DNA of 64,000 nucleotides from Chloroflexota bacterium (GCA_034433795.1 DAOUAE010000002.1:26371-90370); one strand, 5' to 3'; positions 27,362 through 36,715 are shown, counted from the first letter of the stretch. A program made the numbers and translations. Notes: generated from the sequence alone by a model not told the origin.

Positions 27362-29542
27362 TCAGGGCAGCCGTTCCAGCGGGGCGTAGCCGGCCAGCAG
27401 ACGCTTCTCGCCCACACGGGGAAAGAGGACGGTGACGATCTCGTCGCCCCCGCTCAGGGTGCTCTGCAGCACCACCCCCTCGCCGAAGGTGGCGTGGCGC
27501 ACCCGGTCGCCGGGGCGGAAGCGCGGCTGGGCCGGCCCGGCCGGGACGGCGACCGGCGCCGGCTCAGGGGACCGCCCCAGGCGGGCGGACGGGCGGGCTC
27601 GGGTCCGGACCAGGTGGGGCGGGATGTCGCCGAGGAAGCGCGAGGGCTGGCTCTCGGTCACCCCACCGTAGAGGCTGCGGCGGAGGGCGTAGACCAGGTA
27701 GAGCCGCTCGCGGGCGCGGGTCATCCCCACGTAGAAGAGGCGGCGCTCCTCCTCCAGCCGGACCGGGTCGTCCAGTGAGCGGCTGTGGGGGCAAAGTCCC
27801 TCCTCCAGACCGACGATGAAGACGACCGGGAACTCCAGCCCCTTGGCCGCGTGCAGGGTGAGGAGCCGCACCGCGTCGCTGTCCTCGCGCAGGGTATCCA
27901 CCTCCGAGGCCAGCGCCGTCTCCTCCAGGAAGGCGACCAGCCCCTGGGGCGGCGGCAGGTCGACGTAGGGCAGGGCGACCGTGGCCAGCTCCTTCAGGTT
28001 GCGCCAGCGCTCCTCGCCCTCCTCGGTGCCGTCGCGGATGTGGTCGGCGTAGCCGGTGCGGTGGAGGACCAGGTCCATCAGGGTGAGGAGGTCGGTCTGG
28101 CGGGCCGCCGTCTGGAGGTCCTCGATCAGCGCCAGGAAGTCGAGCAGGCACTGGAGGCCGCGCGCGCCGATGGGCGGGGGCGGGGCGGCGGCCGGCTCGT
28201 CGCCCCGCAGCCGGCGCAGGGCCGTCCAGAGCGAGACCCGCTGCTGGCGGGCCCAGAGGTCGAGGGCGCCCAGCGTGCGGTCGCCGATGCCCCGGGGAGG
28301 GACGTTGATGATCCGCCGCAGGCTCAGGCTGTCCTCAGGGTTGTGCAGGAGGCGGAGATAGGCCAGCAGGTCCTTGACCTCCTTGCGCTCGTAGAAGCGC
28401 AGCCCCATCACCGTGTGGGGGATGCGCCGGCGGACCAGCACCTGTTCCAGCACCCGCGACTGGGCGTTGGTCCGGTACATGACGGCGATATCGCCGTAGC
28501 GGTAGGGGCCCTCCTCGACCAGCCGGAGGATCTCGCCGGCCACGTAGCCGGCCTCCTCTTCTTCGGTGGCGGTCTCGGCCAGCTGAATGGGCGGCCCCTG
28601 CTCGTTCTCGGTCCAGAGCCGCTTCTCCTTGCGCAGGAGGTTGGCGGCGATCACGTGGCGGGCGGCTTCGAGGATGGTTTTGGTCGAGCGGTAGTTCTGT
28701 TCGAGGTAGATGACGCGGGCGTCGGGGAAGTCGTCCTCGAAGTGCAGGATGTTGCGGATATCGGCCCGCCGCCAGCTGTAGATCGACTGGTCCTCGTCGC
28801 CGACCACGCAGAGATTGCGGTCGCGGCTGGCCAGGAGTTTCATCAGCGTGTACTGGGCCCGGTCGGTGTCCTGGAACTCGTCCACCAGAAAGTAGCGGTA
28901 GCGGTCCTGGTAGCTGGCGAGCACCGCTGGCTGCTCGCGGAAGAGGCGGATCGTCCAGTAGATGAGGTCGTCGAAGTCGAGGGCGTGGGCCTCGCGCAGC
29001 AGATCCTGGTAGCGGCGGTAGACCCGGGCGGCGACCTGCTCGCGGAAGGTGCTGGCGAACTCGGCGAACTGGTGCGGATCGCGCAGTTCGCTCTTGGCCT
29101 CGCTGATCAGGGTCTTGAGGACGCGGGGGACGAACTGGCGCTCGTCGAGGTTGAGGTCCTGGAGAGCCCGGCGGACCAGGGCCACCTGGTCATCCTCATC
29201 GTAAATAACGAAGTGGGGATCAAGGCCGAGGGCGGCGCCGTCGCGGCGCAGGATGCGGGCGCAGACGGCGTGGAAGGTGCCCAGCGTCAGGCCGTTGGCC
29301 CGCGGCCCCAGGAGCCGGGCCAGCCGCTCACGCATCTCGCGGGCGGCCTTGTTGGTGAAGGTGACGGCCATGATGCCCTCGGGTCGGGCGACCCCGGTGC
29401 GGACCAGGTAGGCGATGCGGTGGGTGATGACGCGGGTCTTGCCCGAGCCGGGCCCGGCCAGGATGAGGACCGGACCATGGATGGTCTCGACGGCGGCGCG
29501 CTGGGCCGGGTTGAGGCCGGCGAGAATGTCGCTGCCCTGCAT
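27362..29542 (-). CDS. pcrA: ATP-dependent DNA helicase PcrA/UvrD
   Basis: AGPGSGKT, VDEFQDT, GDEDQSIYSWR, LEQNYRS, TLHAAKGLEF, EEERRLFYVGMTRA, and a C-terminal Tudor-like GDRVRHATFGEG. Start moved to ATG 29542. Confidence 0.96.
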   Translation of the reverse strand: MQGSDILAGLNPAQRAAVETIHGPVLILAGPGSGKTRVITHRIAYLVRTGVARPEGIMAVTFTNKAAREMRERLARLLGPRANGLTLGTFHAVCARILRRDGAALGLDPHFVIYDEDDQVALVRRALQDLNLDERQFVPRVLKTLISEAKSELRDPHQFAEFASTFREQVAARVYRRYQDLLREAHALDFDDLIYWTIRLFREQPAVLASYQDRYRYFLVDEFQDTDRAQYTLMKLLASRDRNLCVVGDEDQSIYSWRRADIRNILHFEDDFPDARVIYLEQNYRSTKTILEAARHVIAANLLRKEKRLWTENEQGPPIQLAETATEEEEAGYVAGEILRLVEEGPYRYGDIAVMYRTNAQSRVLEQVLVRRRIPHTVMGLRFYERKEVKDLLAYLRLLHNPEDSLSLRRIINVPPRGIGDRTLGALDLWARQQRVSLWTALRRLRGDEPAAAPPPPIGARGLQCLLDFLALIEDLQTAARQTDLLTLMDLVLHRTGYADHIRDGTEEGEERWRNLKELATVALPYVDLPPPQGLVAFLEETALASEVDTLREDSDAVRLLTLHAAKGLEFPVVFIVGLEEGLCPHSRSLDDPVRLEEERRLFYVGMTRARERLYLVYALRRSLYGGVTESQPSRFLGDIPPHLVRTRARPSARLGRSPEPAPVAVPAGPAQPRFRPGDRVRHATFGEGVVLQSTLSGGDEIVTVLFPRVGEKRLLAGYAPLERLP

Positions 29543-29627
29543 CCCTGCTGCTCCTCTGGTGCGCAGGGGATTATAGCATGGGGAGAGGCGCGCTCGCGTC
29601 CTCTTTCTCCACCGCCTCACCCGGCAG

Positions 29628-29656
29628 TTGACACCACGCCGCCCCCGGCCTATGAT
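29628..29656 (+). promoter_or_regulatory. Sigma70-type promoter
   Basis: TTGACA-N17-TATGAT, divergent from pcrA. Confidence 0.6.
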
Positions 29657-29686
29657 CCGGTCCGGTCGACTGGCAGGAGACCACCG

Positions 29687-29992
29687 GTGACCGACTCTGG
29701 ACTCTCAATTGACCATCTTCCGGCGCAGCGCCGGCCGCTCGGCCGGTGGCTGGTGGCCGGCCTGGGCCTTGGCGGCGGCCTTCTGGCCTGGCTTCTCGGC
29801 CAGGACAGCCTGCAGACCGGCCTGACCGTCACCGGTCTGACCGACTGGGTCGTCGGCACCGGCTCGCCGCTGCTGGCCCGGGTCTGGCTGGTGGCGCTTG
29901 ATCTTTTCGTCTGGGACGACGCGCTGGAGAGGGCGCTCGCCCTTGTCGGGCTGGGGAGCGCGCTTCTGGCCCTGGGCTGGCCGCGGAGGTGA
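29687..29992 (+). CDS. Small membrane protein (about 101 aa)
   Basis: GTG after a CAGGAG RBS. Hydrophobic segments. This is the tail of a shadow ORF in the track. Confidence 0.6.
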   Translation: MTDSGLSIDHLPAQRRPLGRWLVAGLGLGGGLLAWLLGQDSLQTGLTVTGLTDWVVGTGSPLLARVWLVALDLFVWDDALERALALVGLGSALLALGWPRR

Positions 29993-29994
29993 GC

Positions 29995-30225
29995 ATGCCC
30001 GCGGTGGGACGCTGGCGCCGACGGGTGGCCCTGGGCCTGGGCCTTTTGCTCGCCTTCATCATCTTCTGGGGGTTTGTCACCCAGATCTACGAGGCCACCG
30101 GCCACGGCCCTACCGCGCTGGTCTCGGCCTTCCTCTTCGCTCTGGGTGGCTTTATTCTCTATCGCCGGGCCCTGAGCGACTATCTGGCCCCGCCGGCCGA
30201 TCCCGACGATAAGCAGCCAACTTGA
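29995..30225 (+). CDS. Small two-TM membrane protein
   Basis: Two hydrophobic helices, directly following the preceding ORF. Confidence 0.65.
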   Translation: MPAVGRWRRRVALGLGLLLAFIIFWGFVTQIYEATGHGPTALVSAFLFALGGFILYRRALSDYLAPPADPDDKQPT

Positions 30226-30250
30226 CAGGACCATGGGCGCTGTCCATAAT
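30222..30250 (+). promoter_or_regulatory. Sigma70-type promoter
   Basis: TTGACA-N17-CATAAT upstream of the zinc-finger/nth pair. Confidence 0.55.
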
Positions 30251-30282
30251 TAAAGCGCATCGGCCGCGTGAGGAGGGCCTCC

Positions 30283-30495
30283 ATGGAAGTTGCGCTGCTC
30301 ACGCTGATCTTGATGATCGGGGCCGTGTTCCTGATGTCACGGTTCATCACCGGCCCCAAGATCGCCTGCACCCGTTGCCAGGGCACCGGCCACGTCAACG
30401 AACGCTGGCCCGACCCCTCGAAGCCGGGCGGCTGGCACCGGCTGGAGGGCACCTGCCCCAAGTGCAAGGGGAAAGGCAAGGTCCCGGTTCGTTGA
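30283..30495 (+). CDS. Small membrane-anchored DnaJ-type zinc-finger protein
   Basis: N-terminal TM helix followed by CTRCQGTG and CPKCKGKG (two CxxCxGxG repeats). GAGGAG RBS. Confidence 0.75.
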   Translation: MEVALLTLILMIGAVFLMSRFITGPKIACTRCQGTGHVNERWPDPSKPGGWHRLEGTCPKCKGKGKVPVR

Positions 30496-31193
30496 CCGCG
30501 CCCACCGCGACGGTCTTCTCCACCCTCGTCCAGCGTCTGCTGACGGTCTACGGCCGGCCGGACTGGCGTCCGACCGGCGATCCGATCGGCGTCCTCGTTC
30601 AGACCATCCTCTCGCAGCACACCAGCGACCACAACAGCGCCCGGGCCTATGCGGCCCTGCGGACGGCCTACCCGACCTGGGAGGCGGTGCTGGCGGCGCC
30701 GGTGGACGATCTGGCGGCGGTCATTCGCTGCAGCGGACTGGGGCGGGTCAAGGCCCGGCGGATCCAGGCCGCGCTGGCGGCCATCCGGGCGCGCTTCGGC
30801 CGGCTCTCGCTCGACCATCTGGCCGACTGGCCGCTGGCCCAGGCCCGGTCGGCGCTGGAGAGCCTGCCCGGGGTGGGGCCCAAGACCGCAGCCTGTGTGC
30901 TGCTCTTCGCCCTGGGGCGGCCGGCCTTCCCCATTGACACCCACATCCACCGGGTGCTCCAACGGCTGGGGATCATCGGTCCGGGCGTGCCGGCCGAGGC
31001 CGCCCATCGCCAGGTCGAGCCGCTGGTCCCGCCAGACCTCGCCTACGCCCTGCACGTCCTGCTCATCCGGCACGGGCGCCGGATCTGCCGGGCCGGGCGT
31101 CCGCGCTGCCATCTCTGTCCGCTGACCGACCTCTGCGCCGCCTACCAGACCGGCGCCGTCGGGGCCGCGCCGGCTCAGGCCTCGCCCTCGTAG
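30492..31193 (+). CDS. nth: Endonuclease III-family HhH-GPD DNA glycosylase with 4Fe-4S cluster
   Basis: ILSQHTSD, LPGVGPKTA, FPIDTHIHR and C-x6-C-x2-C-x5-C motifs. Probable TTG start overlapping the upstream stop. Confidence 0.88.
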   Translation: MTAPTATVFSTLVQRLLTVYGRPDWRPTGDPIGVLVQTILSQHTSDHNSARAYAALRTAYPTWEAVLAAPVDDLAAVIRCSGLGRVKARRIQAALAAIRARFGRLSLDHLADWPLAQARSALESLPGVGPKTAACVLLFALGRPAFPIDTHIHRVLQRLGIIGPGVPAEAAHRQVEPLVPPDLAYALHVLLIRHGRRICRAGRPRCHLCPLTDLCAAYQTGAVGAAPAQASPS

Positions 31194-32224
31194 TGCAGGG
31201 CCACCTTGATCACCTCATCGGGCCGGGTGTCCAGCAACTGATAGGCGGCTGGCGCCTCCCGGTAGGGGAAATGGTGGGTGATGAGGCCGTCGGTGCGGAG
31301 CCGGCCCTGGCAGAGAAGCTCCTCGACGGTCTCCAGGACCCGGGCCTCATCCCAGCGCGGGTAGGCCCGGTGGGGGCAGCCCCAGACGATCATGCTCGAG
31401 TGCAGCGTAAGACGGTTGTGGTGCCACTCCTCGCCCAGACGCAGGTCCGGGGCGCCGTCGGGGTAGTAGCCGAGCGTGACCACCTCGCCGCCCAGGTGGG
31501 TGGCCCGGATGGCCTGGTGGAGAGCGGCGGTGACGCCCGAAGCCTCGATGGCCACATCCACCCCTTTGCCGGTCAGTTTCTTAATGGCCAGGCCGGCGTC
31601 CTCGGCCGTCGGATCCAGGGTGACATCGGCGCCAAACGTCTCGGCCAGGGCGCGGCGGCGGGCCACCGGGTCGACGGCGATGACCTGGCGGGCGCCGGCC
31701 AGGCGGACCAGTTGCACCACCAGCAGCCCGATCGCCCCCAGGCCGAAGACCGCCACCCGGTCGCCAATGCGGAGCCCGGCGTCGTGGACGGCGGTCAGGG
31801 CGAACTCGGCCGGGTCGGTGCAGAGGGCCGCCAGCGGGTCGAGGCCTGGAGGGAGCGGCTGCAGGCGGTCTTCGGGGAAGACGTTGGTGGGACGGTGGCG
31901 CATCGGGCCGTGGACGCGGTCGCCGGGCCGGAAGCGGGTGACGGCTGCGCCGACATCCATGACCTCGCCCACCCCCCAGGAGCCCAGCCACATCGGGTAG
32001 CGCCGCTCGGGCGGTTCGGGGAGAAAGACCCGATAGGTCAGGTCGAAGCGCTGGGCGTGCATGGGAGCGGTGCCGCGATAGAGGTTGAGTTCGGTTCCCC
32101 GCTTCATCCCCGAGACGATCGTCCGCACCCGGACCTCGTGGGGGCCGAGCGGTGGCTCCTCGTAGGAACGGTACTCGATCCGGTAGGGCCCGGTCAGCAC
32201 GTACTCGATGGGCATGGTCGTCAT
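31175..32224 (-). CDS. MDR-family (zinc-type alcohol dehydrogenase-like) oxidoreductase
   Basis: GroES-like N-terminus, Rossmann motif GLGAIG, and GVDVAIEASG. No catalytic or structural Cys cluster visible. Confidence 0.85.
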   Translation of the reverse strand: MTTMPIEYVLTGPYRIEYRSYEEPPLGPHEVRVRTIVSGMKRGTELNLYRGTAPMHAQRFDLTYRVFLPEPPERRYPMWLGSWGVGEVMDVGAAVTRFRPGDRVHGPMRHRPTNVFPEDRLQPLPPGLDPLAALCTDPAEFALTAVHDAGLRIGDRVAVFGLGAIGLLVVQLVRLAGARQVIAVDPVARRRALAETFGADVTLDPTAEDAGLAIKKLTGKGVDVAIEASGVTAALHQAIRATHLGGEVVTLGYYPDGAPDLRLGEEWHHNRLTLHSSMIVWGCPHRAYPRWDEARVLETVEELLCQGRLRTDGLITHHFPYREAPAAYQLLDTRPDEVIKVALHYEGEA

Positions 32225-32428
32225 TCCTCCGGCAACACGGCGTAAGGGGGCCACAACTCAACCCGCTGGACGACGTCCCGGGGTGCGCACCACACCACCG
32301 GGCGTCGTTCCCCAGACCGGCGCCGATGATAGGCGGGGGAGCGCTCCCTGTCAACCGCCCTCCCAATCCGGCACTGGCAGACGCTGAACACCGCTCGCCG
32401 GGGGCGAGCGGATCCGGCCAGTCGGCGC

Positions 32429-34709
32429 TCAGTCGCGGATGCCGATCGAGTTATGGAGGCCGACTGCGCCGAACTTGTTAATAAACATCACCCGTTCGAC
32501 CACCGACGGCAGACTGGTCGTGACCCGCGCCGAGACGGCATCGTTGGGGATAATGTCGTCGACCCGGACGACCAGGTTGCGCGTCGGGCCGAGGACGATG
32601 TCACGACCGATAACCTGCCCGTTGGGCAACTGAAAATCGATATGAACGCTCATCGCCGCTTCGTGCGGATTCAAAATTGAAATGATCTCATCGAACGGCG
32701 GGGTGGTCGCCCCTTCGGCCAGATTCCAGGCGGTGGCCAGGTCGCTGGCTCCCTGGGTGGCGGCGGCGCCGCGCGGCTCGCCGCCGAAGAAGAGCGACTT
32801 TTCGGCGATGATCGGAGCGCTGGCCGTGATAGTAACCCCGAACCGGGCGCCCGGCAGCACCTGATTGACAAAGAGGCTCTGGCGACTCTGCGGCGGCAGG
32901 AGCAACGGCCGGGTCACCCGCTGCCCAGTCGACAGCAGGAAAGTGATGGTGGCGCTCACCGGCGTGGAGTGCGGGTTCTGCAAAAGCAGCCAGGTATCCC
33001 AGCCAGTGGTGGTGTTGCCCTCGGCGAAGTACCAGGTCGCGCTGGGGGCGTTGACGCCAGAGACCCCGGTGGCGGCGTTGCCGGGGAAGCGGTACATCGC
33101 CCGCTCGACCACGATAGGCAGGGGGCTCTCGACCCGGCTGGAGAAGGCCGCATTCGGCAGGACCTGATTGACAAAGACGCTGGTGCGCGCATTGGGGGAG
33201 AGAACGAGCGACTGGACCACTGGCGGGCCGGCCTCGCGCAGATAGGTGATGGTCGCGGTCGTCGGCTCGCTGTTCGGATTCTGCAAAAGCAACCAGGTGT
33301 GGAAGGGCGGCTGCGTTGAGCCCTCGGCGAAGAGCCAGAGGCGGTTCGGCCCGGCGATGCCGGTGACATTATGGCCGTCGAAACTCACATACATCGCCCG
33401 TTCGGCGAAGATCCGACGGTCGGCGTCGATGCGCGTTGAAAAGGCGACATTGGGCAGGATCGGGTTGGCGAAGAGACTGAAGCGGGCGCGAGGACCGACG
33501 GTCGCCTCCTGGACCACCATCCCGGCCGGCTGCAACTGGAAGGTGAAGCGCACCTGGGCCGGCTGGTCGGTGGGGTTCTGGATCAGGAACCAGGTATCGA
33601 AGGGCGGCTGGGTCGAGCCCTCGGCAAAGAACCAGCTGACCGCCGGCTGGAACGGCGGCGCCGCGAAGGTAAAGGCGAAGGGGCCGCTGTCGGTCCCGGC
33701 GTAGAGGGTCTGGGGGAGGTCCGGTCGAGGGCCAGACTGCGGACCGTTTGAGTGCCGAGTTCCGGGCCGAGAGGGCTCCAGGAGTTCCCCGCGTCGGTGC
33801 TCTGAAAGACGCCGCGTCCGCGCGTGCCGATAAAGACCTGGCGGGCCTCAAAGGGGTTGAACAGCACCGAGAGGACGGTGATCTCGCCCAGTTCCTCGGT
33901 GGTCTGTTGAAAGGTGAGCCCCCCATCGGGGCTGCGGAAGACGCCCGTCTGAGTGGCCACCAGGACGACGTTGCCAACGGCTGGGGGAGCGAAAGCGACG
34001 GCGAAGACCGAAGGCAGGTTGCCGAGCACCATCGTCCAGGTGGTGCCGCCGTCGGTGGTGCGGAAGACCTGGCCGGTGCCGCCCTCAGTATTGCCGACGG
34101 CCACGACCAGATTGGGGTCGAGCGGGCTGACGGCCAGGCCGCGCACATCCACACCGACCGTCGCCCGGTTGAAGCCGGTCAGGCGGGTCCAGGTGGCTCC
34201 GCCGTTGGTGGACTTGAAGACGCCACCGCCGCCGGCGTAGACCACCTGCGAGTTCTGCGGGGTGCGGGCCAGGGCGAGGACCGCCTGGTTGGGCAGGGCG
34301 ACCGTCCAGGTCTCACCCCGGTCGAGGGAGCGGTAGACGCCGGCTGTTGGCTCGCCCACCAGCGGGCCCAAGCCGGTTCCGGCCAGGATGACAAGCGAGT
34401 TGGCCGGGTCGATGGAGAGATCGTTAACCACCAGGTTAGCCAGACCGCGGTTGACGGGCTGCCAGGAGCGGCCGGCGTCGGTGGAGCGGAAGACGCCGGC
34501 GCCCTGGGAGCCAGCGAAGAGGAGGGCGGGATTGGTGGGATCCACGGCCAGGCTGTTGATCCGGACGCCGTCGAGATCGAGTTTGGTCCAGGTGGACAGA
34601 CCGGCTGGGGGGCCGCCTGGAGCGTCCCGCCGGACAGGAGAAGCAGGGCGACGACGAGCGTCCCGGTCAGGAAGCGGGGCCAGACCGCCCGTCGGCTCAG
34701 GCAGGGCAT
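32429..34709 (-). pseudogene. Large secreted protein: signal peptide + BNR/Asp-box beta-propeller + four DUF5719-like repeats. Two frameshifts in homopolymers.
   Basis: Three ORF pieces join after adding one C at the runs 34607-34612 and 33712-33716, giving about 760 aa. Contains repeated S-x-D-x-G-x-(S/T)-W Asp-boxes and four W-x-(F/L)-AEG-x-T...NP repeats. Confidence 0.8.
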
Positions 34710-35132
34710 GACTTTTCCTCCCGAGTCCTCGCCCGGGAGCCATGAGCCGGTCCACGGGCGGGTTGTTTTGTCGCCTGACCGGGGCAAGATCCGTACCGTT
34801 GGGCTGGCCTCCCGGATGCGAGCAAACTGCCCTATCTTTATCCTTCGCTGGCGAATTGCGTCGACCGATGCCTCTCCGCCCGGAGAGACGATCGGGTCGG
34901 CCAGCGGGAGCGAGTCGTCCGAGAACCGAGTCCGGTCAGCACCGGATCTGAAGACCGAACCTCTGCCGGCGCCTGAGGGACCGGGAAACGGGGAAGCCAG
35001 CCTGGCCGCTTCGGGGCCTCACCGGCCCCGGCCGAAGGGGAAACAGACAGCCAGCTTTTCCCAATTCCTGAGGCTTTAGGGACTGGGAATTGGGAAAGCA
35101 TGCCCGTCTGCTTGACGCACATGCACAAACAC

Positions 35133-35167
35133 AAAAAAAGCCCCGGCGCTGTGGTGGCAGCCCAGGG
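35133..35167 (-). terminator. Intrinsic terminator downstream of tRNA-Ser
   Basis: Minus strand reads CCCTGGGCTGCCACCACAGCGCCGGGGC followed by T7. Confidence 0.75.
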
Positions 35168-35276
35168 CGTCGGCCGGACTGGTGCGGCGACTTGACAGGA
35201 TGCGGGTAGGGCCTCCTAGCCCGTCGGTCAGGGTGGTCAGCGGTTTTGCTGACCCGCCGGCGACGGTTTTTCCCGG

Positions 35277-35359
35277 CGGAGAGGGAGGGATTCGAACCCC
35301 CGAGGCTTGCGCCTTGCTGTTTTCAAGACAGCCGCCTTCAACCACTCGGCCACCTCTCC
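35277..35359 (-). tRNA. tRNA-Ser (anticodon UGA), long variable arm, CCA not fully encoded
   Basis: Acceptor stem GGAGAGG/CCTCTCC, anticodon arm GCTGT-CTTGAAA-ACAGC, variable arm AGGC-GCAA-GCCT and T-loop TTCGAAT. Confidence 0.97.
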
Positions 35360-35441
35360 AGCCGTAATTTTGCCGAACTCCCCCCATCGCTGTCAAATCC
35401 CAAGTCCCCCCGGTCCTCCGGCCACGGCCCACGCCACCTGC

Positions 35442-36491
35442 TCACCGGGCCGGAAGGTCGTAGCGCTCCAGCCCCCACCGCTCCAGCAGCGCCAGCAACT
35501 TCTGACTGTAGGCCGGGTCGGTCGCGTAGCCGGCGGCATGGATCCGTCGGATGAACTCCCGCGGCTCAGCCATCACCGCCAGCGCCGCCGCGTAGCGCGG
35601 ATTCTCCACGAAAAACCAGCCGTGGTCGATGACGCCCTCCCGCAGGGTCGCATAGGCCCGAAACGGCGCCACCACCATCACCCGCTGCCCACCGACGACC
35701 TCCCAGGTCGGCAGCCAGACCACTCCGGCCGTCCCCCCTCGGGCGGTGGCCTTGATCCCGAAGTAGTTCCGCGCCTCTCGCGCCAGCCGGCTTCGCCCCC
35801 AGTCCGACTCCAGAATCGCCTGGGCCACCGTCACCGAGGCCGGCACCCCGGTCAACACCTGGGCCACCTGCGCCACCGGCACCAGCTGCTGGAAAAAGGC
35901 CCGCTCCTCTGGCCCGGCCCCCGCCGGCAGCACCAGATCCTGCCCCGCCCGCGCCAGCCAGGCCTGGACCAGCGGGTCCGGCGGCGGCCGTCGGAGCACC
36001 TGCCCCGGCGACACCCGGTACGGCGGGGTCAGCCCGTTCAGCGCGATAATCGCCTGCACGGTCACCGCCCACCGCTCGGCCAGAAGCGGGACGGTCTCTC
36101 CCGCCTGCACGGCGTAGACCGCCAGCGCCCCGGCCGCCGCCACCGGCCCGCCCGGCGTCGGCACCGGCACGGCTTCCACCACCTCCGGATCGCGCCCGGA
36201 CCGGCTGGTCAGAGCACCCCGTTCGGCGTCAGCCGCGGACCCCGGTGCCGCTCCGCTCCCAGAAGGGAGGGCCCCGGCCTCTGTCGCGCGATCGGACGCC
36301 GCCACAGCCGGCGATGTCTCCGCCGGTCCCACGGCCACCGGCAGGGCTGTGGTATCGGGTGTCTCTCGCTCCACCCCGACAACCGGGCTCATCCCGAGGG
36401 GGACGCTGGTCTGGTAATTGCCGACGATGGCGCCGAATCCCAGTAGCGCCAGGACCAGAGGCGTCACAAGCGGTCGAGTCGGTCGTGGCAC
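35442..36491 (-). CDS. Exported LysM + GH73 glucosaminidase (FlgJ-like) peptidoglycan hydrolase
   Basis: N-terminal hydrophobic segment, LysM (YAVQAGETV...IIALNGL) and GH73 motifs (AQAILESDWG, NYFGIK, FRAY, GYATDPAY). Start moved to GTG 36491 (AGGAG RBS). Confidence 0.9.
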   Translation of the reverse strand: MPRPTRPLVTPLVLALLGFGAIVGNYQTSVPLGMSPVVGVERETPDTTALPVAVGPAETSPAVAASDRATEAGALPSGSGAAPGSAADAERGALTSRSGRDPEVVEAVPVPTPGGPVAAAGALAVYAVQAGETVPLLAERWAVTVQAIIALNGLTPPYRVSPGQVLRRPPPDPLVQAWLARAGQDLVLPAGAGPEERAFFQQLVPVAQVAQVLTGVPASVTVAQAILESDWGRSRLAREARNYFGIKATARGGTAGVVWLPTWEVVGGQRVMVVAPFRAYATLREGVIDHGWFFVENPRYAAALAVMAEPREFIRRIHAAGYATDPAYSQKLLALLERWGLERYDLPAR

Positions 36492-36686
36492 GTCTCCTGT
36501 CTCCGGTGTGAGCGTCGGTGGGCCGGGAGTCAGACGCCGCGGGGCGCGCTGGCCAGGGGTCGCCAGCGGGGACAGCGACCACCCGCCGGTGCGACGGTCG
36601 CGGGGAAAACCGCTCGCGCCCACGCCGGCCCGCTGGTCTCTACCAGCCGGCCGCGCGGTCGGCCGGCTCGATTGACCGGTGGGCCC

Positions 36687-36715
36687 ATGATGCTGGTGAC
36701 GACGGCCGCTGTCAA
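36687..36715 (-). promoter_or_regulatory. Candidate promoter of the LysM-glucosaminidase gene
   Basis: Minus strand TTGACA-N17-CATCAT, about 190 nt upstream of the start codon. Confidence 0.45.

Noticed and set aside
30222-30491. N-terminal extension on endonuclease III (ORF track start 30222)
   Set aside because: This stretch overlaps a better-supported zinc-finger ORF in another frame and contains a promoter. The nth gene most likely starts near 30492.
32260-32428. attR duplicate of the tRNA-Ser 3' end
   Set aside because: No convincing copy of GGCGGAGAGGGAGGGATTCGAA was seen, and there is no integrase in the window.
34960-35060. c-di-GMP-I, glycine or cobalamin riboswitch
   Set aside because: Short matches such as GACAGCCAGC and GGGAA are on the strand opposite the downstream gene, and the core motifs are incomplete.
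35277-35359. Possible tRNA-Sec, given the selenoprotein and the TGA in the anticodon loop
   Set aside because: The anticodon is UGA (reads Ser UCA). tRNA-Sec has anticodon UCA and a longer acceptor arm, and this one has a standard 7-bp stem.
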